From: Actinomycetota bacterium
GTDB taxonomy: Bacteria > Actinomycetota > Coriobacteriia > Anaerosomatales > UBA912
Length of the DNA stretch: 64,000 nucleotides
NCBI GenBank assembly: GCA_018334075.1
Contig: JAGXSC010000007.1
Coordinates: 364-64,363 of the forward strand
Reading direction: 5' to 3'
Part shown: one piece after another, positions 30,232 through 39,655 of the stretch
Layout of the letters: every line of letters begins with the position of its first letter
Position numbering within the stretch: position 1 is the stretch's first letter
Notes under the pieces: model-generated
The model's database searches: none
Seen by the model: the letters and a program-made list of their open reading frames with translations, nothing else
Told to the model about the DNA's origin: nothing
Program-made: the position numbers and the translations under genes

Positions 30232-30875
30232 TATCGCCCCTCCATGTATTCACTGACCTGATGGAAGTACTCTTCCTTGATCGCAGCGAGCACAATGTCT
30301 CCGGCCCTCACAATCGTGTCCGCATCGGGCACATGCATCGAGTCGCCGCGCGCGATCGCCGCCACCCTGAACTGACCTTTTATCTCCAGGTCCTTCACGC
30401 TGCGACCATCCATCTTTGGGTTTGCCTTGAAACTGATTATCTCGACGTCCCCTAGGCTGGCAATATGGTGCTCGTGGCCTGCGTGGATCTTGTCAAGAAG
30501 AGTCTCGGCAACGAGGGTGGTTCCGCAGACGTAATCCAGATCCAGCTGAATATAGGTACGTTCGCGAAGCGGGTTGTAAAGACGAGCCACAACATGGGGG
30601 ACATTAAATATCTTGCGGGCAACCTCAGCGGCCATCAGGTTTGTGTTGTCGAGGTTTGTGACGGCCGCAAAGGCGTCGCAACTCCCAATGCCCGCCTCTT
30701 CGAGTATCTCCGCATCGAAGCCGACACCCTTGATGGTGACCCCATTAAAGCTACTACCCAAGCGCTTGAATGCTTCTGGCTCCTTGTCGATCACGACTAC
30801 GTTGTGCCCCTCGACTGACAGCAAAGTGGCCAGCTGTGAACCGACCCTGCCACATCCGACAACGATGACATTCAT
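30231..30875 (-). CDS. TrkA/KtrA-type RCK potassium-uptake regulatory subunit (second copy)
   Basis: MNVIVVGCGRVGSQLA Rossmann motif plus TrkA_C. Its stop overlaps the start of the downstream paralogue. Confidence 0.85.
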   Translation of the reverse strand: MNVIVVGCGRVGSQLATLLSVEGHNVVVIDKEPEAFKRLGSSFNGVTIKGVGFDAEILEEAGIGSCDAFAAVTNLDNTNLMAAEVARKIFNVPHVVARLYNPLRERTYIQLDLDYVCGTTLVAETLLDKIHAGHEHHIASLGDVEIISFKANPKMDGRSVKDLEIKGQFRVAAIARGDSMHVPDADTIVRAGDIVLAAIKEEYFHQVSEYMEGR

Positions 30876-30923
30876 TTAGTCGCCTGCTCTCAGCTTAGCA
30901 ATGCATAAACCAGGATAACGAGA

Positions 30924-30954
30924 GACGCCCGAGCCCCAAGGGGAGCCGGGCGTC
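30924..30954 (-). terminator. GC-rich hairpin downstream of the mini zinc-ribbon gene
   Basis: GACGCCCG ... CGGGCGTC 8-bp stem with extra inner pairs. It has only a weak T tract, so the terminator call is tentative. Confidence 0.4.
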
Positions 30955-30983
30955 TTCACCTTGAAGCCCTACACTCTTGCGAG

Positions 30984-31133
30984 CTAAGATTTGCCGATCT
31001 TGAATATCTTGGTTCCACATGACGGGCAGATCCCCTGCGTAGCCGGACGCCCGTTTTTCATCACAATGTCTTGCGCGTCCTTGATCTCACGCTTCTCCTT
31101 GCACTTTACACAGTAACCTTCCTTAGCTGCCAT
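30984..31133 (-). CDS. DUF5679-like 49-aa zinc-ribbon protein (below the ORF-track cutoff)
   Basis: MAAKEGYCVKCKEKREIKDAQDIVMKNGRPATQGICPSCGTKIFKIGKS, with CxxC...CxxC. AAAGGAG lies 6 nt before the ATG. It fills an otherwise empty gap. Confidence 0.75.
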   Translation of the reverse strand: MAAKEGYCVKCKEKREIKDAQDIVMKNGRPATQGICPSCGTKIFKIGKS

Positions 31134-31244
31134 GCACGGCTCCTTTCTGATTCCTGCCACAAGTTAATATTCCCTGCCGGAATCCACTTCCGGCGTACAG
31201 CCGAAGCTAAGTCTACACCTCTTTGCGAGCTTTTCACACACTCA

Positions 31245-31952
31245 TCACGCTGAAAGCCTGTTCCTGGGAGTCTCAATGCGCCTGGATATAACCCACAGAC
31301 AGCCCGCAATCAGCATCGAGGTTCCCGCCCACAGCGCCCCTGCAAGCATCCAAAACCGCTCGGGAAATAACTGCACCAACAGCTCCTCGGCGGGAAAAAG
31401 CCAGGTTCCCTCGGCAAAAAGCGGCTTGTGGAAGTAAGCAAACAGGGTGTCAAAATCCATCACCGCGCCGATAAGTGCGAGCGCGAACAGCATAAATATC
31501 GTCGCACTCGCACACCTGCAGGCGAACGCCACGAGAGAGTGCTGTCGCTGCACCAGGCGCACGATCAGCCACACTGCAAATACCAGCCCTAAGGCGACGC
31601 TGGCCCACCTCGTTACTGCAAAAACCGCCCGAACATCGTCGAGATGGGCAACGGCTCGATGAGTGAACCCTTCGTGCAAAGCCCCTTCGCTGTCCTCGAC
31701 AGTCGAGGGCAAGGGAGCAGGCGGGGCGATATCCGCCACATACGCTCGAACCTGCTCGGCAACGCTCAGCGCATCTTGCTGCGTCAAGCCTGTGATGTTC
31801 GCGCTGTCGGCGGCCTTCACGAGTGTGGCTGTCACCTGAGGGACCGTAAGCGCGAGGACCACGGCACTGGACAGGCAAAGCGCAAGGACCGCGCCGACAA
31901 ACACCCCCTCCATCCTGGCGAGAGCTCTCATTGTGACCTGCCTGTGACGCAA
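31245..31952 (-). CDS. Integral membrane protein, TIGR01906/DUF1461-like
   Basis: N-terminal TM, an extracytoplasmic segment, three C-terminal TM, and an FHKPLFAEGTWLFP...LFPERFW block typical of this family. Confidence 0.6.
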   Translation of the reverse strand: MRHRQVTMRALARMEGVFVGAVLALCLSSAVVLALTVPQVTATLVKAADSANITGLTQQDALSVAEQVRAYVADIAPPAPLPSTVEDSEGALHEGFTHRAVAHLDDVRAVFAVTRWASVALGLVFAVWLIVRLVQRQHSLVAFACRCASATIFMLFALALIGAVMDFDTLFAYFHKPLFAEGTWLFPAEELLVQLFPERFWMLAGALWAGTSMLIAGCLWVISRRIETPRNRLSA

Positions 31953-33178
31953 ACCTGATTCCCTCCCGCAGACAAAGCCTCTTGCACGGCGTTATCTGCG
32001 GCAGCAAGCAGGTCTTGCGCGATCCAACCTTCGAACTGGGTGGATGCCGCCCCTATACTTGCGGTCACGCCCGCATCCTCAACCCTCACGCTCTCGATGG
32101 CGCAGCGTACGGACTCGGCGACTCCAGCAACATACTCAAGCGTCGGCGGATTAGACAGCGAGTCTTGAGTCAGAATGACCGCGAACTCTTCGCCGCCGTA
32201 CCGGGCAACGAGGTTCGTCTCTCTGCTCGAAGCTGCGCTGCACTCTTGAACTATCGCTCTGATGGCCTCCGAGATCGCGAGCAGTAAGCGGTCTCCGTGC
32301 GAAAAGCCAAGCGCCCTGTTGAAGCTCGCGAAGTCATCGAGGTCGATTAGCAACAAAGCCACATTACGAGAGTCTTTCTCGGCGCGAAAAAGCTCGCTGC
32401 CGAGGGCCTGGTTGAAATAGGCTCGATCGTGCAAACCCGTCTTGCTGTCGATGATAGAGCCCTTGGCCAGTCCCTCTTCCCGGACTCTCAAAGCCGACAT
32501 CATCATCGTGCTAACCGATGCGGCACCAAAAAGTACCGTTGCTTGCCACAGATAGGTGACGAACACGAAAGTGAAGTCCCGGTGCAAATCAGCGAGGACA
32601 AAGGGCACACTGATATCGGGCAGGAGCTGGGCGTAGACTCCCCATATCACGATACCGTTAAGCGCAAGGCAAAACGCCGCCATCGCCCACGTCTGCCACC
32701 TTCTCGGCAGGATGAGCGCGGCCTCCAGCACAAACAGCATATACATCGCCCAGAACGCCGAGTGAGCTCCGCCGGAGTAGTAAACCAGCACCGCGACGAC
32801 CATCGCATCGAACATCAGCTGCGCGTGATTGAGAATCGCGATGTTACCGAGCCTGCGATAGGTCAGCTGGTAGAAGGTGTTGTAGGCGAGCATAAAGACC
32901 ATCGCGACCACAGGCGTGGCCAGATTATGCGCTATGTTTTCGAGAGGTGCCTGTCGCGTATAGGCCCAGGCGCCGAGCACCGAATATACGCCGAGAGCCG
33001 CAACGAGAAGCCACCTGACCTTGATAACCAGGCCTACCCGCTCGATATTGGCGTGAAGCGCCTCTATGTCATATCGCGAAGGGTCTTCCCTCCACGAAAT
33101 TTTCAGTTGGCGCACAGCCCTTTTAAGGTACTTGGACAAGCTCATGGCATCAGCCTTCCAGGGTGCACACTTTGCCAA
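31928..33178 (-). CDS. Membrane-bound diguanylate cyclase (GGDEF domain)
   Basis: About 6 N-terminal TM, then a GGDEF domain with an active-site RYGGEEFAVIL. Confidence 0.85.
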   Translation of the reverse strand: MAKCAPWKADAMSLSKYLKRAVRQLKISWREDPSRYDIEALHANIERVGLVIKVRWLLVAALGVYSVLGAWAYTRQAPLENIAHNLATPVVAMVFMLAYNTFYQLTYRRLGNIAILNHAQLMFDAMVVAVLVYYSGGAHSAFWAMYMLFVLEAALILPRRWQTWAMAAFCLALNGIVIWGVYAQLLPDISVPFVLADLHRDFTFVFVTYLWQATVLFGAASVSTMMMSALRVREEGLAKGSIIDSKTGLHDRAYFNQALGSELFRAEKDSRNVALLLIDLDDFASFNRALGFSHGDRLLLAISEAIRAIVQECSAASSRETNLVARYGGEEFAVILTQDSLSNPPTLEYVAGVAESVRCAIESVRVEDAGVTASIGAASTQFEGWIAQDLLAAADNAVQEALSAGGNQVCVTGRSQ

Positions 33179-33309
33179 TCAAGTCCCTGCCTGACCGGAC
33201 GTCCGCGGGCGTCCTACAGTTTATCCATGAAATTAACACACTCGCAAACCTTAGTTTCGAATACTCCTACGTTATACTGTCTCGAAATACCCGATGCGAG
33301 GAGTGACTT

Positions 33310-34311
33310 GTGGACGTACAGGCCACCGCAACAGCAATAGGCGAGACGATCGAAACACTTGCTCGACTTGGCGGACCTATAGAAATCATCATGATAGCAC
33401 TCTCCGTCGCAATGCTGGCCCTTGCCCTTGTGCCTACTCTAAGGCGGTGGCTGCGAGCTGGATTTGCCGTCACAGCTGCCGTGCTGCTCGTCGGCGAGGC
33501 GCTGTTGATCTGGTTTCACTGGCGACTATACCAGTTGTGCGTCGTAGTTAACCCCGAGACAGGCGAGATCGTTGGCCGTATGGCCGTTCCGCTATGGGTA
33601 GAATCCGAGAAACTCTATTTCTGGGCGCTTTTGCTCGCTGTCCTAGGTGCTGTGCTTGTAAGGCATCGCGCTGAGCTGCTACCTGGAGCTGCCATACTTA
33701 CGAGTATCTTGATGTTCGCCGCCGCCACCTCGGGCAATCCTTTCACTGAGCCGTTGCCGCGCTTTTTCGGCCTGTATGGCGGGTACCTCCAGGCGATGGC
33801 TTCAGGAGTTCCCGCGATCGCCATGGACGGCTTCCAGCGAATAGAAGGATCTCGGCAGTTCTTCTATAACACCTGGTACATGTGGGTTCATCCGCCGATG
33901 CTCTTTTTGAGCTACGCCGCCTTCGCACTCGCATTCATCGCGACAATCCAGATGGTCCTAAAGCGCCACTCATCGTTCGAGACGACTGCGTATCGATGGA
34001 CCCGATTTGGCTACCTCCAGCTGACCGCCGGATTGCTCGTAGGATTTCCCTGGGCTGTGATGGCTTGGGAGGGGGCGTCCTGGTGGTGGTCGGGCAAGGT
34101 CAACATGTCCATCATGATGTGGCTGCTGTACACGGCTGTGTTGCACGCGCGCCTCTATCTGCGTAAGCGCGGTATGTGGAAAACGGTTGCCGCGCTTGGA
34201 CTTACCTCATTTATCGTCCTGGTGCTGACCTACCTGTCTTCCTACGTCGTTCCCGGCGCTCATGCGTATGTTGCCAGCCTGATGGTTCCGCTTATCGGAG
34301 GTAAAGCATGA
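33310..34311 (+). CDS. CcmF/CcsA-family (Cytochrom_C_asm-like) haem-handling membrane protein with a degenerate W-rich motif
   Basis: WVHPPMLFLSYAAFALAF (compare CcmF IHPP.LY.GY.G..V.FAFA) and AWEGASWWWSGKVN...LH in place of the WG..W.WD..EN WWD motif. GAGGAG lies 6 nt before the GTG start. Confidence 0.6.
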   Translation: MDVQATATAIGETIETLARLGGPIEIIMIALSVAMLALALVPTLRRWLRAGFAVTAAVLLVGEALLIWFHWRLYQLCVVVNPETGEIVGRMAVPLWVESEKLYFWALLLAVLGAVLVRHRAELLPGAAILTSILMFAAATSGNPFTEPLPRFFGLYGGYLQAMASGVPAIAMDGFQRIEGSRQFFYNTWYMWVHPPMLFLSYAAFALAFIATIQMVLKRHSSFETTAYRWTRFGYLQLTAGLLVGFPWAVMAWEGASWWWSGKVNMSIMMWLLYTAVLHARLYLRKRGMWKTVAALGLTSFIVLVLTYLSSYVVPGAHAYVASLMVPLIGGKA

Positions 34312-34943
34312 AGCATCTGTTGCACAGTCGAAATTGGGACTACATGCTGATAGTTCTGACCGTAATGCTCCTCGTAGGCCTGGGGGTTCAATCGTTTATT
34401 GGAACCGCATACGTCTGGTGGGCGCATACCTACGTCCCGGGCTTTGGGGCCACAGGTTACCCTGAATACATCGAGGCCATGAATATCATCGCAGCCCCTA
34501 TGATGGTACTGCTTGTCATCGCCATGGGTCTCTGCGTTCCAAAACGCCTGTTTTCCAGGACGGCACTAACGGCCGTCTCGATTGGAATGCTGATAGCGGG
34601 GATTGCCACGTGGGCGATTACGGGGTCGTTTGCCAACGGCGTCGCTGCCTACTTAGTGCTTGCCGGGCTGATACAAGCGGCCGTGGTTGCTACGACCATC
34701 ATCGGAGGAAGAGCGCCTTCCTACTTTACCCAGGGACGAATAATCAAGATCGGCTCCGGCCTGCTGCATCTCGGCTTTATCATGTTCGCCGTAGTCACGG
34801 TCGCACTGCAGCAATCCGCGATCATGCTGCCTGTATTCTGGACATCCACCGCCTTGATGGTTATCGGATCGATCATGACCTTCTACTCCGAGAACCTGAC
34901 GCCGAAACGAAAAGTGGAGGCCGAGGGCGAGGTCTCTTTCTAG
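34308..34943 (+). CDS. Polytopic membrane protein, possibly the C-terminal module of a split CcmF-like protein
   Basis: ATGA overlap with the previous gene. 6 TM. GSGLLHLGF resembles the conserved His-containing helix of the CcmF C-terminal domain. This is weak evidence. Confidence 0.4.
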   Translation: MKHLLHSRNWDYMLIVLTVMLLVGLGVQSFIGTAYVWWAHTYVPGFGATGYPEYIEAMNIIAAPMMVLLVIAMGLCVPKRLFSRTALTAVSIGMLIAGIATWAITGSFANGVAAYLVLAGLIQAAVVATTIIGGRAPSYFTQGRIIKIGSGLLHLGFIMFAVVTVALQQSAIMLPVFWTSTALMVIGSIMTFYSENLTPKRKVEAEGEVSF

Positions 34944-35003
34944 GCAGACTCATCTGGCCTTTGGGCGCAACCCAGGCGCATGCGGGCGCTTGATATATCG
35001 CGC

Positions 35004-36581
35004 CTAGAGTTCGCGGATTATGCCGGTCACCAGCTTGACCGCTGATTCCACGTTTTCTGGTTGCACGTTTTCGCTAACATCGCTGTGCCAACGCCAGTTC
35101 AAAATACGCCCATTGATGTCAAACGCCATGATGCTTATGGCTTTAAGGCGTCTGGCCAGTGCAGGGGTCGCATCGGTCGAAACACCTCGGTACTCCCGAC
35201 CTTTTGCAAGAATCTCTTCGTCGCGAGAAACCTTGCGCGCCAGTGAGATGAGGCGCCTATCGCTCGCGTAGCGGCTGGCCGCTCCCTCACGGGTGACCCA
35301 GTGCAAATTGCCAGCTCCTACGCTGTCGAGATTGATGATGTATGCGTCCCGCAAGTCATCACCATATTCGTCGAGGAACGCCCTCATTCCCCAAGCTCCC
35401 GACTCATGGGCCCCGGTCGCAACAAACCAAAGCTCCTTGTCCACAACACTTCGATCGATACGCTCGGTCACTCGCTGACGGATGCGTGCGGCCTCATTTG
35501 CGGGGAAGTCCGGATCCCCGATTGGATCATCGCCCGCCCATCCCCGCAATGTGCCGAACTCTTCGTCCTCGTCGTCATCCTCAAAGTTGTCCCAGTGCCC
35601 GATGTCTTTACCGGCCTTGCGGGCATCAAACTCAGGATCTACCCCCAGCCAGCCACTTACTGCCGCTTTACTCGGCGGCTCCGAGCCCTTTTTCCGGGGA
35701 GTCTCAACCCACTGAAAGTCATCCGGAAGCTCTTCCTCGTAACTTGCCTGCTCCGGCGCCGACTCCTGGCTCCCCTCCGAACCCCGATAATCGACCTGTA
35801 GGGGTCGAAGGGGCTGTGTCGGCATCTTAACTCCGCCATCGGGTTCAGGAACAAGGGCCTCAGCAAGGCCGAGAAGAGCCGCCACCCCGGATGCATTGTC
35901 GTTGGCCCCATCGGTCCCGCGCATCAGCAACTCACGATGGATGTTGATTGCCAAGGGGATAAGCAGACACGCTGCCACGACCAGCGTTGCGTACCACAGG
36001 TATGGATCCGCAATCCTCGTTGCAGCCAGGTTATCGACGAATATCATGACCGGCACCAGAAATGTGCACCCTTTCATGATCGCAATCAGTGCAGGGAAGC
36101 GCTTCGCCATCGACGGCGATGAGGCGAGCGACGCTCTTGCGGAGTCATAGTGAGCCACGAGCACAACTCGCTTGACCTTCTCGGCACGCCTGGTCTTTGG
36201 TATGTGTCTGGCGATGATATTCTGGCTTGGGCCTTTGGGCATGATGCCGGAGAGTCCGAAGCGCATGTCCAGATCGAGCCAGATGAAGACGGCTGCGATG
36301 GCGGCCGCACCGAAAAGAATCCATCGAAGCGGGTCCCAGACCTCGGCCCAGTAGAGCAACCCAACCGAGGCTATAGTCAGAAGATGATAGATGGAATACC
36401 CCCAGGAGGCGGTTCGCGGAGACTCAAACTCCTGGCGCGTCACTTCCAGCCCGCGGGAACGAAACACGTCCTCGATATAGTCTCCCGCCATAGCTTCAGC
36501 ATCAGTGGTAGCCGGGCGGGGGCCGATACGATCGGCTAATTCCGTCACATGACGAGCAGCCTCAGACATTGGGTTCTCCAT
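35004..36581 (-). CDS. M28-family metallopeptidase with inserted TM helices and an acidic insert
   Basis: VVLVAHYDSA, GANDNASGVAALL, ATGAHESGAWGMRAF and INLDSVGAG are M28 metal-ligand blocks. Four predicted TM helices and a ~150-aa D/E-rich insert interrupt them. Confidence 0.7.
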   Translation of the reverse strand: MENPMSEAARHVTELADRIGPRPATTDAEAMAGDYIEDVFRSRGLEVTRQEFESPRTASWGYSIYHLLTIASVGLLYWAEVWDPLRWILFGAAAIAAVFIWLDLDMRFGLSGIMPKGPSQNIIARHIPKTRRAEKVKRVVLVAHYDSARASLASSPSMAKRFPALIAIMKGCTFLVPVMIFVDNLAATRIADPYLWYATLVVAACLLIPLAINIHRELLMRGTDGANDNASGVAALLGLAEALVPEPDGGVKMPTQPLRPLQVDYRGSEGSQESAPEQASYEEELPDDFQWVETPRKKGSEPPSKAAVSGWLGVDPEFDARKAGKDIGHWDNFEDDDEDEEFGTLRGWAGDDPIGDPDFPANEAARIRQRVTERIDRSVVDKELWFVATGAHESGAWGMRAFLDEYGDDLRDAYIINLDSVGAGNLHWVTREGAASRYASDRRLISLARKVSRDEEILAKGREYRGVSTDATPALARRLKAISIMAFDINGRILNWRWHSDVSENVQPENVESAVKLVTGIIREL

Positions 36582-36714
36582 TACTCTTTGCGCTTTCCGT
36601 GACTTGCCAGACTCATACGCTCAACTCATATCCATATAACATATAATACTGCACACTAACCGGTCGTGCTGTTAAGCGCCGTCTCTCTGTATAAGCTGAA
36701 TCAACAGGAGCCCT

Positions 36715-37995
36715 ATGTTAAAACGCCTCCGCCGTTACAGGCCGATGCTCACGTTGGAGTGCGCCGTAATCGCTTCCGGCGCCGGGAACGGGATAGCAAT
36801 TGTTGCAATTCCTTGGCTGGTGCTCGAGCGCACGGGTCAGCCAATGGCCGCGGGTATCGTGGGGGCTGCAACCGCACTGCCTTTGCTTCTCTCCAGCCTG
36901 CTGTCAGGGTCGCTGGTCGATATTTTCGGCAAGCGCCGAATCTCAATGCTCTCCGACATCATGTCGTCGCTCTCTGTAATATCGATTCCTCTCGTCGACC
37001 AATTTCTCGGCCTTGACCTGCCCCTAATCGTGACCTTGGTGGCCTTGGGCGCCATATTCGATCCGGCCGGGGCAACCGCGCGTGAGGCCATGGTCCCCGA
37101 AGCTGCCGAAAGCGCGGGCTGGACCCTTGAGCGCATGAACGGCTTTCACGAAGCGGCCTGGGGGCTAGCGTACATGATCGGCCCTGGGCTGGGCGGCCTG
37201 CTCATAGCGCTATTCGACGCTTCGACGACACTCTGGGCGACCTCACTGTGCTTCCTGGTCTCGACTGCGCTAATCAGTACGATAAAACTGCCGAATGTCG
37301 GCAAGCCGTCTCGTGCAGCTCGGCCGGAAAACGTATGGTCAGGGGCGCTCGATGGGATCAAGTTCGTCTGGAGTGACCGAACCTTACGCGCGATGCTGCT
37401 CGTCTCGATGGCGCTGGTCGCAATCTACATGCCGATGGAGGGAGTACTGCTTCCAGTTGTGTTCCAGGGCAAGGATGCTCCGCACTTGCTAGGCGGATTG
37501 ATCATGGCGATAAGCGGCGGAGGAGTAGCGGGATCCTTGCTCTACGGAGCGATCGGGGCAAGGTTTTCGCGCTACCGCACTTTCGTTTTTTCTGTTGCGA
37601 TGGCCAGTATCGGCGTATTCGGGATAGCCCTGCTGCCTAGCTACGCGCTGCTACTGCTTGCAGCGGTCTGCAGCGGCTTTTTCTGGGGTCCCGTTGGCCC
37701 GATGGTCAATATCGCGACACAAACCAGAACTCCACCTTCGCATCGGGGGAGAGTGCTTGGAGTCATGTTGTCGGGGCAATACGCGGCAGGTCCGATGGGC
37801 TATCTGCTCGCCGGACCTGCCATTCAGTGGCTCGGTATAAACCGCGCGTTCCTTCTCTTTGGCGCCTCGCTGCTTGTGGTCGCCGCAATCGTTCCTTTTC
37901 TCTCAGGGCTACGGCGGCTGGACCTACCCGGGCCTTACGAAGCCCAGATTGTAGCCACCGAACTGCGCCCGCCTGCCAGCGAAGGAATCGGCTAG
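36715..37995 (+). CDS. MFS transporter
   Basis: 12-TM profile, with a GSLVDIFGKRR motif between TM2 and TM3. Confidence 0.8.
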   Translation: MLKRLRRYRPMLTLECAVIASGAGNGIAIVAIPWLVLERTGQPMAAGIVGAATALPLLLSSLLSGSLVDIFGKRRISMLSDIMSSLSVISIPLVDQFLGLDLPLIVTLVALGAIFDPAGATAREAMVPEAAESAGWTLERMNGFHEAAWGLAYMIGPGLGGLLIALFDASTTLWATSLCFLVSTALISTIKLPNVGKPSRAARPENVWSGALDGIKFVWSDRTLRAMLLVSMALVAIYMPMEGVLLPVVFQGKDAPHLLGGLIMAISGGGVAGSLLYGAIGARFSRYRTFVFSVAMASIGVFGIALLPSYALLLLAAVCSGFFWGPVGPMVNIATQTRTPPSHRGRVLGVMLSGQYAAGPMGYLLAGPAIQWLGINRAFLLFGASLLVVAAIVPFLSGLRRLDLPGPYEAQIVATELRPPASEGIG

Positions 37996-39599
37996 CCGAG
38001 GATCTCGGCCAGATCGGCCTTCGCGCTCTCTCCAATCGGCCTGATGCCGAAGTTGTCGACGAGCACCTGCAGCACGTTGGGGGATATGAACGCAGGAAGT
38101 GTCGGCCCAAGACGAATGCCTGTAATGCCCAGATGCAGCAGGGTCAGCAGAATCGCCACCGCTTTTTGCTCATACCACGACAGAATCATCGAGAGCGGCA
38201 GGTCGTTGACTTCCATCTCAAACGCCTCGGCAAGCGCTACCGCGATCCGGATGGCGCTGTAGGCGTCGTTGCACTGGCCCACATCGAGGAGGCGCGGGAT
38301 TCCGCCTATGTCGCCTAGCTGCTTGTCAAAGAACCTGAACTTGCCGCACGCCAACGTGAGGATAACCGTGTCCTTTGGGGCCTCTTCGACAAAGTCGGTA
38401 TAGTAGTTTCTGCCCGGCTTGGCTCCATCGCACCCGCCAACGAGGAAGAAGTGCTTTATGGCACCATCCTTGACCGCCTGGATAACCGTTGGCGCAACTC
38501 CGAGCACGGTGTTTCTTCCGAACCCGACCATCACGCTTCCGCGATCCACATTCTCGGAAAACCCGGGCAACGATAGCGCCTTTTCCACAACCGCACCAAA
38601 ATCCCCTTCGGCATGGGCCACTCCCGGAAAACGAACCGGCCCTGTCGTAAACAGACGATCCCGATAGGTGTCCTTTGGAGGCATCAGGCAGTTCGTCGTC
38701 ATGAGGATCGACCCCGGGAAAGCCGCGAACTCACGATGCTGGTTTTGCCATGCGGTTCCGTAGTGTCCGAAGAAGTGCGGGTGCTTCTTGAGCTCAGGAT
38801 AGGCGTGTGTGGGAAGCATCTCTCCATGGGTGTAGACGTCGACACCGGTCCCCGCCGTCTGCTCCAGGAGCAGCTCAAGATCGCGCAGATCGTGGCCGGA
38901 GATGAGTATGGCCTTGTTCGGCCGGTGACCAAGAGGCACCTGCGTCGGAACAGGATGGCCGTACTTTCCGGTGTTGCCTTCGTCCAGCAGCTCCATCGCT
39001 CGCAGGTTGACGGCTCCGCACTCAAGCGCCAGCGCAACCCATGCCTGCAGATCGAGTGAGCTGTCAGACAGCGCCGCAAGCACCTTGAACAGGTAGCTGT
39101 AGATCATCGAATCTTCCTGCCCCAGGCTAAGCGCATGATACGCGTAGGCGGCCACTCCCTTCGCGCCATAAAGAGTCGTCTGCTGCAGGGCTTGAACGTC
39201 CGCATCCCTGCCGATATCCCAAGGGCTTCCAAACTCGCCGCTTTGAGCAACCTTCCCTTCGATCGTTGGGGCCGGCGCGAAGCGCAGAAGCGCGCCCTCT
39301 TCCCCGGCCGGTACGCCGAGCGCATCTCTTAGCCTGACCGCCTCTTCTACCTGCCGAGCTATAGATTCCGCATCAAAATCAACATTGGTAAGCGTGGTGA
39401 ACAGGGCACTCGCGACGAACCTGCCCTCCTCGGCAGTGTCAACGCCCCGGCCAGCCGCCGAAATCGCCGCCGAGGACAGGCCGCGCAATGCGTTGACAAG
39501 GAGATCCTGCAAGGCCGCAACCTCTCCGTTTTTGCCGCACACGCCAACGGTGCTGCACCCAATACTCCTTGCCGTCTGCTCACATTGATTACAAAACAT
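37992..39599 (-). CDS. hcp: Hydroxylamine reductase / hybrid-cluster protein
   Basis: MFCNQCEQT...GC...GVCGK N-terminal cluster motif and full-length Hcp-like sequence. AAAGGTGG lies before the ATG at 39599 (track ORF starts at 39623). Confidence 0.95.
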   Translation of the reverse strand: MFCNQCEQTARSIGCSTVGVCGKNGEVAALQDLLVNALRGLSSAAISAAGRGVDTAEEGRFVASALFTTLTNVDFDAESIARQVEEAVRLRDALGVPAGEEGALLRFAPAPTIEGKVAQSGEFGSPWDIGRDADVQALQQTTLYGAKGVAAYAYHALSLGQEDSMIYSYLFKVLAALSDSSLDLQAWVALALECGAVNLRAMELLDEGNTGKYGHPVPTQVPLGHRPNKAILISGHDLRDLELLLEQTAGTGVDVYTHGEMLPTHAYPELKKHPHFFGHYGTAWQNQHREFAAFPGSILMTTNCLMPPKDTYRDRLFTTGPVRFPGVAHAEGDFGAVVEKALSLPGFSENVDRGSVMVGFGRNTVLGVAPTVIQAVKDGAIKHFFLVGGCDGAKPGRNYYTDFVEEAPKDTVILTLACGKFRFFDKQLGDIGGIPRLLDVGQCNDAYSAIRIAVALAEAFEMEVNDLPLSMILSWYEQKAVAILLTLLHLGITGIRLGPTLPAFISPNVLQVLVDNFGIRPIGESAKADLAEILG

Positions 39600-39655
39600 C
39601 ACATACCACCTTTCTTCTACCACGCCGATAACTGACTAAAACGAACTATCGAGGC

